Shown piece by piece: positions 1 to 9,603 of a DNA stretch of 42,743 bases. Numbering within the stretch: the first letter of the stretch is position 1; each line of letters starts with the position of its first letter. The notes beneath the pieces are model-generated. The model was not told the origin of the DNA. It saw nothing but the letters and a program-made list of their open reading frames with translations, and did not search any database. The stretch lies in sequence record SRR20825006_219. One strand, written 5' to 3'. The translations under genes and the position numbers were made by a program.

Positions 1-28
1 GCGCGTCTACCAATTCCGCCACTCTCGC
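1..28 (-). tRNA. tRNA-Leu, 5' portion only (truncated by the window edge; anticodon not visible)
   Basis: The reverse complement reads GCGAGAGTGGCGGAATTGGTAGACGCGC, a typical tRNA-Leu acceptor strand plus D-arm (GTGGCGGAATTGGTAGACGC). Confidence 0.88.
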
Positions 29-44
29 AATTTTTTAGAGCTTG

Positions 45-52
45 CAAAGATA
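45..52 (-). promoter_or_regulatory. Bacteroidota-type -7 promoter element (TAnnTTTG) for the tRNA
   Basis: TATCTTTG on the minus strand, 16 nt upstream of the tRNA 5' end. Confidence 0.7.
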
Positions 53-154
53 GAGTAATTTTAATTGAAAAGCCAATCTTTAACCGTTAAAAATCTCTTT
101 TTTTTATAATATCTAATTGGGTTTTTAATCACGTTTTTTGAATTTTAGAAAACT

Positions 155-481
155 ATGTATAACAACCTTCGCCTTGTCTATATCACCACGCCCAACAAAG
201 AAGAGGCACGAACTATCGGCCGCTCTTTAGTAAGCAATCATTTAGCCGCCTGTGTTAATATAATAGATGGAATGGAATCTATTTATATGTGGAAAGATGA
301 ACTCGTTGATGCTACCGAAACCGTTCTTATTGCTAAGACACATTATTCAAAAATGAAGAAGCTTACCGAGCATGTAAAACAAATGCATAGCTACGAATGC
401 CCTTGCGTTATTTCGGTATCACTTTCGGAGCAAGGGGGCAATGCCGATTACATAAAATGGCTACTTGGTGAGACCAAATAA
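155..481 (+). CDS. cutA: divalent-cation tolerance protein CutA
   Basis: 108 aa with LAACVNI, SIYMW, E-x-V-L-I-x-KT and HSYECP motifs. Confidence 0.93.
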   Translation: MYNNLRLVYITTPNKEEARTIGRSLVSNHLAACVNIIDGMESIYMWKDELVDATETVLIAKTHYSKMKKLTEHVKQMHSYECPCVISVSLSEQGGNADYIKWLLGETK

Positions 482-537
482 AGGAGCCCCCTATTACTTA
501 TCATTGAAAGCAAACTAGTAACACAAGATTCACTGCC

Positions 538-1290
538 TTGATTCAAACAGAACGTATTTCAAAACACATCATTCGGGCAATAATCCGTCGTCCACGAGCC
601 CTCAATGCTATAAATTTCAAAACTATTGAGGATTTTGAGCAACTAGTTGATACTATCGAAAAGGACGATGATATACGTGTTCTTATATTTTCAGGTGAGG
701 GAGAAAGCTCGTTTGTTTCTGGTGGCGATTTAAAAGAATTCCACACTATTATAGACCAGCAAGAAGCGGCTAAAATGTCAGCGAGAATGCACCGTCTTCT
801 AAATCGTTTAGAACACCTTCCTTGCTGGAACATCGCCTTTATAAACGGTGATGCCTATGGCGGAGGCATTGAGCTCATGCTTGCTTTCGACTTCAGAGTT
901 GCTTCCAACGAAGAGATCAAGTTGGGTTTTACACAAGGTCGCTTTTATTTAAGCCCTGGCTGGGGAGGCCTTACTCGACTCGTTGAAAAAGTAGGCCGCG
1001 CAAAAGCTTTACTTTGGTTAGCTAAAGCTGAAATTATTTCTTGTAGAACCGCACTAGAGGAAGGAATCATCGAGTCCATTTTAGAGTCACCACAAACAGA
1101 ACAAACGCTAATTGAATGGGCTGAGAAATTAACTAAAAACGACAGACCTTACATCCGGACACTTAAACACGGGGCTTTAGCCGGTAACGAAATGCGGAAA
1201 AATGCTTTATTTGCAGAAATTGAACCTTTCTCAGAACTTTGGGTTTCTAACCAGCATATTGATCGTGTTACAAAATTTCTAAAGAAATAA
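538..1290 (+). CDS. enoyl-CoA hydratase/isomerase (crotonase) family protein
   Basis: RPRALNAI, FVSGGDL, GDAYGGGIE and PGWGG motifs. TTG start. Confidence 0.88.
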   Translation: MIQTERISKHIIRAIIRRPRALNAINFKTIEDFEQLVDTIEKDDDIRVLIFSGEGESSFVSGGDLKEFHTIIDQQEAAKMSARMHRLLNRLEHLPCWNIAFINGDAYGGGIELMLAFDFRVASNEEIKLGFTQGRFYLSPGWGGLTRLVEKVGRAKALLWLAKAEIISCRTALEEGIIESILESPQTEQTLIEWAEKLTKNDRPYIRTLKHGALAGNEMRKNALFAEIEPFSELWVSNQHIDRVTKFLKK

Positions 1291-1306
1291 TGTACAGACT
1301 TACTAG

Positions 1307-2236
1307 CTAGTAGCGTATGTATAAGCGCCAAAGCAGTGTACTGCTCTGAACTATTATCTTTGACAGCACTAAAAATTCCTTCGAAGAAAATACCTCTGAT
1401 CTTTTCATAAGTATAAATCCAAAAATGTGAATTTCTGGTGGGATTTTCATTTTATTTCGTATTAAATCCCGTTCGGTAAGCGCAAAAATTGGAACTCCTA
1501 TCTCCGCAGGATATCCCTCCCCTCTAGAACCTTCCATAAAGGTTCCCATCTTAGAGTTGAAAATGTTATTAGTCAAATACGGCTTTCTTGTTTTCAGCAA
1601 TCGTTGGAAGATTTCTTCATTAATCATACTTTTTGGATCGTAATTTGGCGGAATTTTTGAACCACCAGTTACAATAAGATTTGATTTATTGTCTAAGACT
1701 TTCCAAAACGAAATATGGTCTAACTCAAATGCACTTCTTAATGCTTTACAAAAGCCTTGAGAAATAGTCATAAAATCTTGATTCTCAATCTCGAAGAATA
1801 ATTCATCTAGAACCTTCTTTTTAGTAATAGCTAATCTAGCTGAGATATCAGGAATAACAAGATTGGCGACTATTTTCCTTTCTACTCTTTCCAATAAAGA
1901 TTCAGGGTTTGCTAAAAGCTCTTCCTTCTTAATAAAATCTTTAGCTCCTAGCTCCAACGCTTTCTGCTCATTCTCGAACGTTGGCAGACTCGTCATTATA
2001 AGAAATGGGATTTCTTTTTTATACGCATCTTTCTTAACTGCCTCAAGAAATTCTAAACCCGTCATGCCTGGCATATGGATGTCAGATAGAACTAAATCGA
2101 TCTTCTTTTCCGCAAGAGCGTTAATCCCATCTTGCGTATTTTTTGCATGCACCAATTTATACTCTTTTTTAAGAATATCTTTTACAATGTAGTGCATAGC
2201 CTCATCGTCGTCAATAACTAGTACTGTATAATCCAT
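1307..2236 (-). CDS. response regulator: N-terminal receiver plus GAF-like C-terminal domain
   Basis: VLVIDDD, DIHMPGMTGLE, T and K receiver motifs. C-terminal PYL...IGVPI...FGFILM...FSSKE pattern resembles a GAF domain. Confidence 0.75.
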   Translation of the reverse strand: MDYTVLVIDDDEAMHYIVKDILKKEYKLVHAKNTQDGINALAEKKIDLVLSDIHMPGMTGLEFLEAVKKDAYKKEIPFLIMTSLPTFENEQKALELGAKDFIKKEELLANPESLLERVERKIVANLVIPDISARLAITKKKVLDELFFEIENQDFMTISQGFCKALRSAFELDHISFWKVLDNKSNLIVTGGSKIPPNYDPKSMINEEIFQRLLKTRKPYLTNNIFNSKMGTFMEGSRGEGYPAEIGVPIFALTERDLIRNKMKIPPEIHIFGFILMKRSEVFSSKEFLVLSKIIVQSSTLLWRLYIRY

Positions 2237-2256
2237 TTTTCTAACAGTTTATTGTA

Positions 2257-3456
2257 TTAACGGCCTAAAACTCGTTTTCGTAAAACAAGTTTAGCTTCGT
2301 AGCTATTTTGGCCTCTCACAAGCTCAATTTTCATTTCTGAACCTTCTTTATATTCTCGCATTAATGCCCATGCATGCATTTCGCTACTAACTCTTTCGCC
2401 ACCAATCTTAACAATAATATCTCCTGGCATAATTCCACCTTCATAAGCGGGGCCATTTTTATTCACTTTGGTTACAAATAAGCCAGGTATGGTTGGTAAC
2501 TTATATTGAAACACAAGTTGCCTTGTCATCGGTGTAATTTCCAAGCCTGGGTCAAAATCTAACGAAACTTTGCCAGATTCTACCAACTGATTTATAATTT
2601 GTTGAACGCGCGTACTAGGTATTGCAAAGCCTAAACCCACAAATCCGTTACTTGTTCCGCCTGTAAAAATAAACGTATTTACGCCAATTACCTCACCATC
2701 ACTATTAATGAGTGGACCACCAGAATTCCCTCTATTAATTGCAGCATCGGTTTGTATCATATCGATATAAACATGCGGATCATTTGGGTCGGGTCTAAAA
2801 TCTCTCTTAGTAGCGCTAACAACGCCAACAGTAACCGAAGGTTGGCCATCAGCGAAAAGTCCGAACGGATTTCCCATTGCTATTGCCCATTCGCCCACCA
2901 TTACAGTGCTACTTTGGCTAAATTTCACAAAAGGAAAAGTTTGAGAAGAATCTTCTCGAATAATTTTTAATAGCGTTAAATCTGCTAAAGCATCTGAACC
3001 GAGTAATTTTGCTTCATATCTCTCGCCATCGGAGAGCACCACCATGATTTTTTTGGCGCTTTCTCCAGCGACATGTTCGTTGGTTACTACAAGCCCATCT
3101 TCGCTAATAATAAAACCAGAGCCCATACTTTTTACTTCTCGTTCTACAGGAGATAAGAAAAACCGAAAATAGGATGGGTCAAACTCTCGGGTATAGCCTC
3201 GTTCAAGCTCGGTTACTGTAATACTTACAATTGCTGGGCTTGCCTTCTCAACTGCATTAGTGATTGCATTTCTTCTGCTGTCGGCAATTTCTATTGTTTT
3301 GTCGTCGTGGCTCTCATCGCTTTGCACTGGAGCTGTTGAAACAGCTTGGGCTAATACTTCTTCTCCCTCAAGAGAAAGAGAGCGCTCTGGTTTTTGTGCC
3401 TGATTACAGCCAGACATTATCAAATAACTTAAAAATATAATCCCAATTCTACTCAT
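2257..3456 (-). CDS. htrA: HtrA/DegS-like trypsin serine protease with one PDZ domain, probable lipoprotein
   Basis: GSGFII, TNEHV, DLTLLK, IQTDAAINRGNSGGPL motifs, C-terminal PDZ (GPAYEGGIMPGDII), N-terminal hydrophobic stretch ending in SGC. Confidence 0.92.
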   Translation of the reverse strand: MSRIGIIFLSYLIMSGCNQAQKPERSLSLEGEEVLAQAVSTAPVQSDESHDDKTIEIADSRRNAITNAVEKASPAIVSITVTELERGYTREFDPSYFRFFLSPVEREVKSMGSGFIISEDGLVVTNEHVAGESAKKIMVVLSDGERYEAKLLGSDALADLTLLKIIREDSSQTFPFVKFSQSSTVMVGEWAIAMGNPFGLFADGQPSVTVGVVSATKRDFRPDPNDPHVYIDMIQTDAAINRGNSGGPLINSDGEVIGVNTFIFTGGTSNGFVGLGFAIPSTRVQQIINQLVESGKVSLDFDPGLEITPMTRQLVFQYKLPTIPGLFVTKVNKNGPAYEGGIMPGDIIVKIGGERVSSEMHAWALMREYKEGSEMKIELVRGQNSYEAKLVLRKRVLGR

Positions 3457-3468
3457 GGTGTTTCTTTG

Positions 3469-4431
3469 TTATAACTGTTCCATGCCAATACTAACCACTT
3501 CTTTAATGGCATCTTCAATTTTTCCTTCAAACATACCGCCAGCTGCTTTTTTATGCCCACCACCGTTAAGCTTACGAGCCCAAATGTTCACATCAATATC
3601 ACTGCGAGATCTAAGACTGAGTTTAATTTTTTCGCCATCTTCTCTCAGAAAAATACAGGCTTTAACACCTTCAATACTTAGCGGGTAACTTACAAAACCT
3701 TCCGTATCGGCGTTTGTAGTCTTTGTTTCATTAAACATAGCTTCTGTAACGAACATAGTCGCAATTTGTTGGTTCGCATGTAAAGAAATAGTTTCTAACG
3801 ATAACCCCAACAGCTTAATTTGATTCATACTCTTTGATGAATACACTCTTTCTACCACTTCTGGCGGAGTGAATTCTCCTTTCTCAAGCAATGTAGCCCC
3901 CGCTCTAAGTGTTGCAGGTTTCACACTATCAAATTGAAAGGAACCTGTATCTGTAACCAGCCCTACGTATAAAGACTTTGCAATTTCTTGATCGATTTGT
4001 TCAACTCCATGCTCCGAAATAAGCTCATACACTAATTCGCAAGTAGAAGATGCATTAGTAACCGATACAAATTCTTCAAAAACATCATCTGGTTGGGGAT
4101 GATGATCTATCATATAAAGTGGCTTTTTAAATTCGGCAACTTTTTCAGCTAATGGTCCAAATCGATGCAATGCATTTCCATCTAAAAACACAAACGCATC
4201 ATAGTTTTGAAGAAGAGCCTCATCTGGTTTTTCGATAGGAAAAAAATCAGTTAGCCATTGCAAATTCTCGTTTACGTCGTCTTCGTTAAAAGCCGAACAG
4301 CTAACCCCATTTTTTTCAAGCCATAAACAAAGCCCAACTTGAGAGCCAAGACAATCACCGTCTGGCCTAACATGAGAGAACACCGCTACTTTTTGGTGTG
4401 ATAATAATTTTGAAATCAGTTTTTTAAACAT
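3469..4431 (-). CDS. nrnA: DHH/DHHA1 bifunctional oligoribonuclease/PAP phosphatase NrnA
   Basis: HVRPDGDCLGS, IDHH, TDTGSF, SLRS and GGGH motifs. Start moved to ATG 4431 (AAGGAG upstream) because the longer ORF overlaps thiN. Confidence 0.9.
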   Translation of the reverse strand: MFKKLISKLLSHQKVAVFSHVRPDGDCLGSQVGLCLWLEKNGVSCSAFNEDDVNENLQWLTDFFPIEKPDEALLQNYDAFVFLDGNALHRFGPLAEKVAEFKKPLYMIDHHPQPDDVFEEFVSVTNASSTCELVYELISEHGVEQIDQEIAKSLYVGLVTDTGSFQFDSVKPATLRAGATLLEKGEFTPPEVVERVYSSKSMNQIKLLGLSLETISLHANQQIATMFVTEAMFNETKTTNADTEGFVSYPLSIEGVKACIFLREDGEKIKLSLRSRSDIDVNIWARKLNGGGHKKAAGGMFEGKIEDAIKEVVSIGMEQL

Positions 4432-4524
4432 ATATACTCCTTGTTTCAAAAATAAGCTTCTAAAGCTACAGTTCCATTTCTTTTTGAAAGGATTTTTCCG
4501 AACCTTTCTTCTAAAATCCGAATT

Positions 4525-5157
4525 ATGAATGTACTGATTGTTTGCGGAGGAACCCCTCCCACAAAAAAACTCATCGAAACTGAAATTAACAACGCTAAAT
4601 TGGTAATTGGCGCCGACAGTGGCGGACATGCTATTTTGGGCTATGGCTTTACACCTGACATTGTCTTGGGCGATTTAGACAGCTTCCATTATACACGCCA
4701 TCAAGGTATAAAAGTGCTCAAAGATGAAGACCAAGAAACCAACGATTTGGAGAAATCTCTAGTTTATGCGCTTAAGCAAGGCGCTACACATTGTGTAGTT
4801 TTGGGAACTTTGGGTAAACGGATTGATCATACATTTAAAAATTTATCGGTGTTGAAGCAATTCCATCACAAGTTCGAGTCACTCGTTTATAGAGACGATT
4901 ACGGCGATACTTTTTTGATTGAATCACCTTACGAACTCACTATCGATTTAGACACCGTTATCTCATTCATTCCACTTTCTGGTAAGGTTTCTGGGATAAC
5001 AACTACGGGAGTTCAATATCCACTTAAGAATGAATCTCTTGAGATTGGCGTCCGAGACGGAACCTCTAACTCCGCAACATCAACTATAGTAACGGCTGTT
5101 TTTGAAGATGGCGACATGGCTCTATTTGTTGGAACGGGTGGGAAGTTAGCTAAATAG
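4525..5157 (+). CDS. thiN: thiamine diphosphokinase
   Basis: GADSG, GDLDS, DQETNDLEK, GKRIDH, GVQYPL and GTSN motifs. Confidence 0.93.
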   Translation: MNVLIVCGGTPPTKKLIETEINNAKLVIGADSGGHAILGYGFTPDIVLGDLDSFHYTRHQGIKVLKDEDQETNDLEKSLVYALKQGATHCVVLGTLGKRIDHTFKNLSVLKQFHHKFESLVYRDDYGDTFLIESPYELTIDLDTVISFIPLSGKVSGITTTGVQYPLKNESLEIGVRDGTSNSATSTIVTAVFEDGDMALFVGTGGKLAK

Positions 5158-5174
5158 AGCGGCTGCTTTTAGTT

Positions 5175-5213
5175 TGTGAATTGGGGATTCGGCATCCGCT
5201 TTCCCAACTCACA
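5175..5213. terminator. hairpin between convergent thiN and pnu genes, probable terminator
   Basis: Arms TGTGAATTGGG / CCCAACTCACA (one G-U pair on the minus strand) with an inner CGG/CCG stem. Confidence 0.5.
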
Positions 5214-5837
5214 TTAACTATTAGCTAATTCCAGTTCTCTTTTCCTCATCGAATTGCGCCACGCAAAGTATCCCATTGTTGCAAAAACGGTGAATATTAG
5301 AAATTGAAAACTAGTAAGTACTAAGCCTTTGTAAAAGTAAAGCGGAATGGATATTAAATCGGTGATAATCCAAGCAATCCAATTTTCCAATTTTTTACGT
5401 GCCATTAACCACATCCCTAGAATTGCGAATGCTGTTGTGGCTGCATCCCATATCGGAACGTCACTATCAGTGAAGTTTTTGAGTATTAAAACGAGTATCA
5501 GAAAAGAGCTAATTAGTATTACAACCGAATAAATATTTTCTTTGCTCGAGCTTGTTGTCACTGGTACCTGAGCTTCACCACTATCAGTATTAAGCCAAAA
5601 ATACCAGCCATAAATACTCATAACAAAGTAGTAGACGTTCACTCCCATATCAGCATACAGCTGATAATTGAATGCGATGTAAATGTAGATGAAGGTATTA
5701 ACCATTCCTGTTGGGTAAACTAGAATATTCTCCTTCATCGAGTACCAAACGCTTAACAAACCGGCTATTACGGCAACCCACTCTATGATTGTAGTTTGCT
5801 GAATCCCAGAAATAATCCCTTTAATTATAAAATCCAT
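5214..5837 (-). CDS. pnuC: PnuC-family vitamin transporter (nicotinamide riboside or thiamine)
   Basis: 207 aa multi-TM protein with YGWYFW, DAATT and ARKKLENWIAWIITD (WxxWxxxD/N) motifs. Confidence 0.88.
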   Translation of the reverse strand: MDFIIKGIISGIQQTTIIEWVAVIAGLLSVWYSMKENILVYPTGMVNTFIYIYIAFNYQLYADMGVNVYYFVMSIYGWYFWLNTDSGEAQVPVTTSSSKENIYSVVILISSFLILVLILKNFTDSDVPIWDAATTAFAILGMWLMARKKLENWIAWIITDLISIPLYFYKGLVLTSFQFLIFTVFATMGYFAWRNSMRKRELELANS

Positions 5838-5873
5838 TCTGTTTTGTGTGGCTTTGGTTCAACAGATTACGAA

Positions 5874-5881
5874 CAAAGGTA
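5874..5881 (-). promoter_or_regulatory. TAnnTTTG -7 promoter element for the pnu gene
   Basis: TACCTTTG on the minus strand, 36 nt upstream of the ATG. Confidence 0.55.
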
Positions 5882-5932
5882 GGAAATAGAAGCACTATTT
5901 ATACTTATTTATCAAAGTTAGTGCTAAAAATA

Positions 5933-6220
5933 TTATCTCGTCTTTAGAGCACGAGAAAGGTTGAATTTATGGATGGGTATCAGGTAACTGGCTAGCATTT
6001 CATCTTTATGGATACCTAGTAAACCCGTTCCCCGAAAATCTACTACACATACTTTTTCTTCGCGTTGTACTACTTCGCCAATGCCATAATATTCTGGACT
6101 TGGGCCATAATACACTAAGTCGCCAGGATTCAACTCATTATTTGCCCGTCGGTGATACGGGAGTATCACAGGGAGCAAATCTAGACGATATGAAAGCCTT
6201 CGCTTTTTTGTGAATGACAT
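5933..6220 (-). CDS. small hypothetical protein, possible Tudor/SH3-like beta-barrel
   Basis: ATG 9 nt after the tsaE stop. PGDLV...YGIGEVV...VVDF pattern. Confidence 0.65.
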   Translation of the reverse strand: MSFTKKRRLSYRLDLLPVILPYHRRANNELNPGDLVYYGPSPEYYGIGEVVQREEKVCVVDFRGTGLLGIHKDEMLASYLIPIHKFNLSRALKTR

Positions 6221-6229
6221 TGTTCAAAG

Positions 6230-6646
6230 TTATTCCTCTAAAATATGAATAATTCTTTGGGAATCTCCAGCGTGTTTAATTTCTATGAAAATGGATTCTT
6301 CTGGTAGTAAACCACTCATTTTGTTCGGCCATTCCACAATGGAAATACCCTCGCCGTATAAGTACTCCTCAACTCCAATTTCTACTGCTTCTTGCTCACC
6401 TTCTAGCCGATAACAATCAAAATGAAAAATCGGTGTAGTTCCCTTATACTCATTAATAAGCGTGAATGTTGGAGAACTAACGGCCGAGGCTTTTACACCG
6501 AAATATGACGCAATACCTTTCATAAAATGGGTTTTACCCGCGCCCAATTCACCCACTAAACACACCACTGAGCCTGGGTGTAATCGTTCTGCAAATTTAC
6601 GAGCAAAATCTATAGTTTCTTCAACTGAGTTACTTTCAAATATCAT
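6230..6646 (-). CDS. tsaE: tRNA t6A37 biosynthesis ATPase TsaE
   Basis: GELGAGKT, SSPTFTLINEY, HFDCYRL and VEW motifs. Confidence 0.96.
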   Translation of the reverse strand: MIFESNSVEETIDFARKFAERLHPGSVVCLVGELGAGKTHFMKGIASYFGVKASAVSSPTFTLINEYKGTTPIFHFDCYRLEGEQEAVEIGVEEYLYGEGISIVEWPNKMSGLLPEESIFIEIKHAGDSQRIIHILEE

Positions 6647-6647
6647 A

Positions 6648-8189
6648 TTATCTTGGTTTTAAAGTTGCTACCGGTAAAATCATTTCCTCCATAGAGGCAC
6701 CTCCGTGCTGGAAGGTATCTTTATAGCGATTCTGAAATTTGTGGTAGTTAGTTGGATAAACGAAATAATAATCTTCTTTCGCAATTATAAAGCTGTTTAC
6801 TCCGGGACCTGCGGGCAGTTTGTACGCTTCTGGATTTTCGATAAACAACACAGCACTCTTATCCTCTGACTTCAAGTTCCGCCCATATTTATAGCGCAAG
6901 TTTGTTGCTGTATCTCTATCGCCATATACCTTTGCATCACGTAGCGCTCTCACCGAGCCATGGTCTGTGGTAATTACAACGGTCACGTCTTCCTTAGCAA
7001 GCTCTTTAAACATGTGCAGTAAATGCGAGTGTTGAAACCAAGCTTCGGTAATAGACCGAAATGCAGAAACATCTGGAGCGAGTTCTTTAATAACGGCAGA
7101 ATCGGAACGTGAATGGACTAAAGTATCTACAAAATTGTAGACAAAAGCGGCCAAGTTAGATTGCGAAAAGTTCTTGATTTTATCTGCCACTCGCTTACCA
7201 TCATCGGAGGTAAGAATTTTTTCGTACTTAAAATTGATGTTTATTTTAGCGCGGTGTAGTTGGCGTTTAAGCAGTTCTTCTTCGTGTCTATTTAGTGATT
7301 TTTCGTCCTGACCTTGCTGCCACAACTCTGGATAGATTCGCTCAATATCCGATGGATATAAACCCGCGAAAATCGCATTTCGAGAATATGGTGTAGCTGT
7401 CGGCAGAATAGAATAATAGAAATCCGTTTCGATGGTATAAAATTCGGAAAGAATCGACTCAAAGGTTAGCCATTGATCGTAGCGCATGCAATCAATCACA
7501 AAAAACATCACTTTTTTGCCGTCTTCGAGCTTCGGTCGTACGTACTTTTTAAAGATATCAGGTGAAAGCATGGGGCGATCTTCATCTTTCGAGAGCCATT
7601 TTACGTACTCTTTTTCAATAAATTTGCCGAATTCTCTATTAGCTTCTTCAAACTGATCGTCTAGAACTTGAATAAGTGTAGTATCGCCACCACTAAGCTC
7701 CATTTGCCAGCGAGCCAACTCTCTATAAATCTCAATCCATTCTTGCCAAGTTGTACCGGGATGGATACGAGAGGCGAACTCGCCAAACTGCCTCAAGTAC
7801 GTTTGTGCAGACTTTTCTGTTTGTAGTCTTGAACGTTCTAAAATCCGTTTTGTGGTGAGTAAGATTTGGTTTGGATTAACTGGCTTAATAAGATAATCAG
7901 AGATCTTGCCACCAATAGCATCCTCCATTATCGACTCTTCCTCACTCTTTGTAATCATTACCACTGGAAGCCCTGGCTGCATATTCTTTATGTGCTCTAG
8001 GGTTTCGATTCCACCCATCCCTGGCATTTGTTCATCTAAAAAAACGATATCAAACGATTGGTCGCGAATCATAGTAACAGCGTCATCACCATTGGTCACA
8101 GGCACAATCTCGAAGCCTTTTTTCTCTAAAAATATAATGTGTGATCTAAGCTGGTCGATCTGATCGTCGGCCCAAAGTATACGTGGCAT
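6648..8189 (-). CDS. porX: PorX-type response regulator with PglZ/alkaline-phosphatase-like domain
   Basis: ILWADD receiver, [37 protein letters not shown] and FQHGG motifs. Directly upstream of tsaE as in Bacteroidota. Confidence 0.9.
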   Translation of the reverse strand: MPRILWADDQIDQLRSHIIFLEKKGFEIVPVTNGDDAVTMIRDQSFDIVFLDEQMPGMGGIETLEHIKNMQPGLPVVMITKSEEESIMEDAIGGKISDYLIKPVNPNQILLTTKRILERSRLQTEKSAQTYLRQFGEFASRIHPGTTWQEWIEIYRELARWQMELSGGDTTLIQVLDDQFEEANREFGKFIEKEYVKWLSKDEDRPMLSPDIFKKYVRPKLEDGKKVMFFVIDCMRYDQWLTFESILSEFYTIETDFYYSILPTATPYSRNAIFAGLYPSDIERIYPELWQQGQDEKSLNRHEEELLKRQLHRAKININFKYEKILTSDDGKRVADKIKNFSQSNLAAFVYNFVDTLVHSRSDSAVIKELAPDVSAFRSITEAWFQHSHLLHMFKELAKEDVTVVITTDHGSVRALRDAKVYGDRDTATNLRYKYGRNLKSEDKSAVLFIENPEAYKLPAGPGVNSFIIAKEDYYFVYPTNYHKFQNRYKDTFQHGGASMEEMILPVATLKPR

Positions 8190-8207
8190 AAGCGGTATTT
8201 TTTTCAG

Positions 8208-8708
8208 CTAAAGTTTGATAAAAGGAGCCATTTTCTCTAATCGCTTTTTCCCGATACCTTTAATCTTTAATAATTCGTCTATCGATTTAAATTCTCCGTT
8301 CTCTTTGCGATAATCCAAAATTCGTTGGGCATAAGCAATGCCTATTCCATCTAATTTCTGAAGTTCCTCTAAAGTAGCCTTATTTATATTTATAACTGGC
8401 TTATCTATTTCGGCATCGTCAGTGGATTCAACGGCACTTTCCGTCTTTTGTTCTTCTATTTTTTCCTGAGGCTCATATTTTTTCTCATTCTCCACTTTTT
8501 GTTGTTCTATGGCCAAACTTTTAGCTTCAAACTCGGCTATAATTTCATCATATCGATCTTGGCTGAAATTATATTGTTGAGTTAAAAACGAACTTATTGC
8601 AAGAAGGGTTAGTATGACTGAAAGTAGAAGAGTTATTACAATTCGCTCCTTTCGCGACACTTGTAGCTGTTCCATCCAAAAAAAGAATCGGCGTTTTAAC
8701 TTTCCCAT
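8208..8708 (-). CDS. comEA: ComEA-family helix-hairpin-helix DNA-binding protein
   Basis: N-terminal TM segment and [18 protein letters not shown]...[14 protein letters not shown] tandem HhH motifs. Confidence 0.88.
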   Translation of the reverse strand: MGKLKRRFFFWMEQLQVSRKERIVITLLLSVILTLLAISSFLTQQYNFSQDRYDEIIAEFEAKSLAIEQQKVENEKKYEPQEKIEEQKTESAVESTDDAEIDKPVININKATLEELQKLDGIGIAYAQRILDYRKENGEFKSIDELLKIKGIGKKRLEKMAPFIKL

Positions 8709-8811
8709 ATTCTCAACCTATTATTTCTATTACTATAATTAGAGAACATTTTATAAGAAAATCAATTTGTTTTAAATTATTGGAAGTGTGATGTTTGGCA
8801 AAACAAAATTC

Positions 8812-9603
8812 ATGGCAGAAGTCGACCACTTTATATATCAAAACGTACCTATTGCTTACGAAGTAATTGGTGAAGGAAAACCACTTGTAGTTCTACACGG
8901 ATGGGGGAGTAGCAGGCGCGTAATGTTGCCTTTAGCTCGCCAACTTTCGGGGCTACGTAAAAGCTATGTGTTAGACCTTCCTGGTTTCGGCGAAACCCCT
9001 GAGCCGCCTACTGGCTGGGCCATTGATGATTATGCAGATGCGGTAGAAGCCTTCATTTCTGAAACTTTTAGCGAACCGGTTGACTTACTCGTTCATTCTT
9101 TTGGTGGTAGAATCATTTTAAAACTTTGCGCGCGACCTTTTGGAAAATCAAACATCCAGAAAGTGCTAATTACAGGTGGCGCCGGAATGACACCGAAGCG
9201 CCCTTTAAAGTATTATGCTAAAAAATACTTCGCAAAAACACTTAAAGCACCTTTTGTTTTGCTGCCACAGCCGTTGCGCGATAAAGCACTCGCTTGGTTA
9301 CGCACCACTGAAGTTTGGAGAAGTTTAGGTTCTAGCGATTACAGTCAACTTTCTGGGGTCATGCGAGAAACCTTTGTAAAATCTGTTTCTGAATATCTAG
9401 AAAGTTCCCTACCAAATATTCCTCATGAAACGTTATTACTTTGGGGCCGCAACGATGATGCTACACCTATTTACCAAGCGGAACGCATTGAGAAAGGGAT
9501 TGCGCGTGCAGCTCTAGTAATTGTTGAAGACGCTGGACATTATGCTTTTTTAGATAAGCCAAAACAATTTGCTGCAATTGCTGAAGCTTTTTTAAAGAGT
9601 TAG
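8812..9603 (+). CDS. alpha/beta hydrolase
   Basis: LHGWG, DLPGFG, HSFGG nucleophile elbow, WGRND and AGH motifs. Start uncertain (8788, 8791 or 8812). Confidence 0.88.
   Translation: MAEVDHFIYQNVPIAYEVIGEGKPLVVLHGWGSSRRVMLPLARQLSGLRKSYVLDLPGFGETPEPPTGWAIDDYADAVEAFISETFSEPVDLLVHSFGGRIILKLCARPFGKSNIQKVLITGGAGMTPKRPLKYYAKKYFAKTLKAPFVLLPQPLRDKALAWLRTTEVWRSLGSSDYSQLSGVMRETFVKSVSEYLESSLPNIPHETLLLWGRNDDATPIYQAERIEKGIARAALVIVEDAGHYAFLDKPKQFAAIAEAFLKS

Noticed and set aside
1-154. tRNA-anchored genomic island
   Set aside because: The tRNA 3' end, where islands integrate, lies outside the window, and no integrase or att duplication is seen.
4432-4629. 66-aa N-terminal extension of the nrnA ORF
   Set aside because: It overlaps divergent thiN. 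ATG 4431 has an AAGGAG RBS and gives a normal-length NrnA.
5838-5932. TPP riboswitch upstream of the pnu gene (also checked upstream of thiN)
   Set aside because: No CTGAGA / ACCTGA core is visible and the leader after the promoter motif is too short.
6648-8189. PglZ domain as part of a BREX/Pgl defence system
   Set aside because: It is fused to a receiver domain in the porX-tsaE context, and no brx/pgl partner genes are present.
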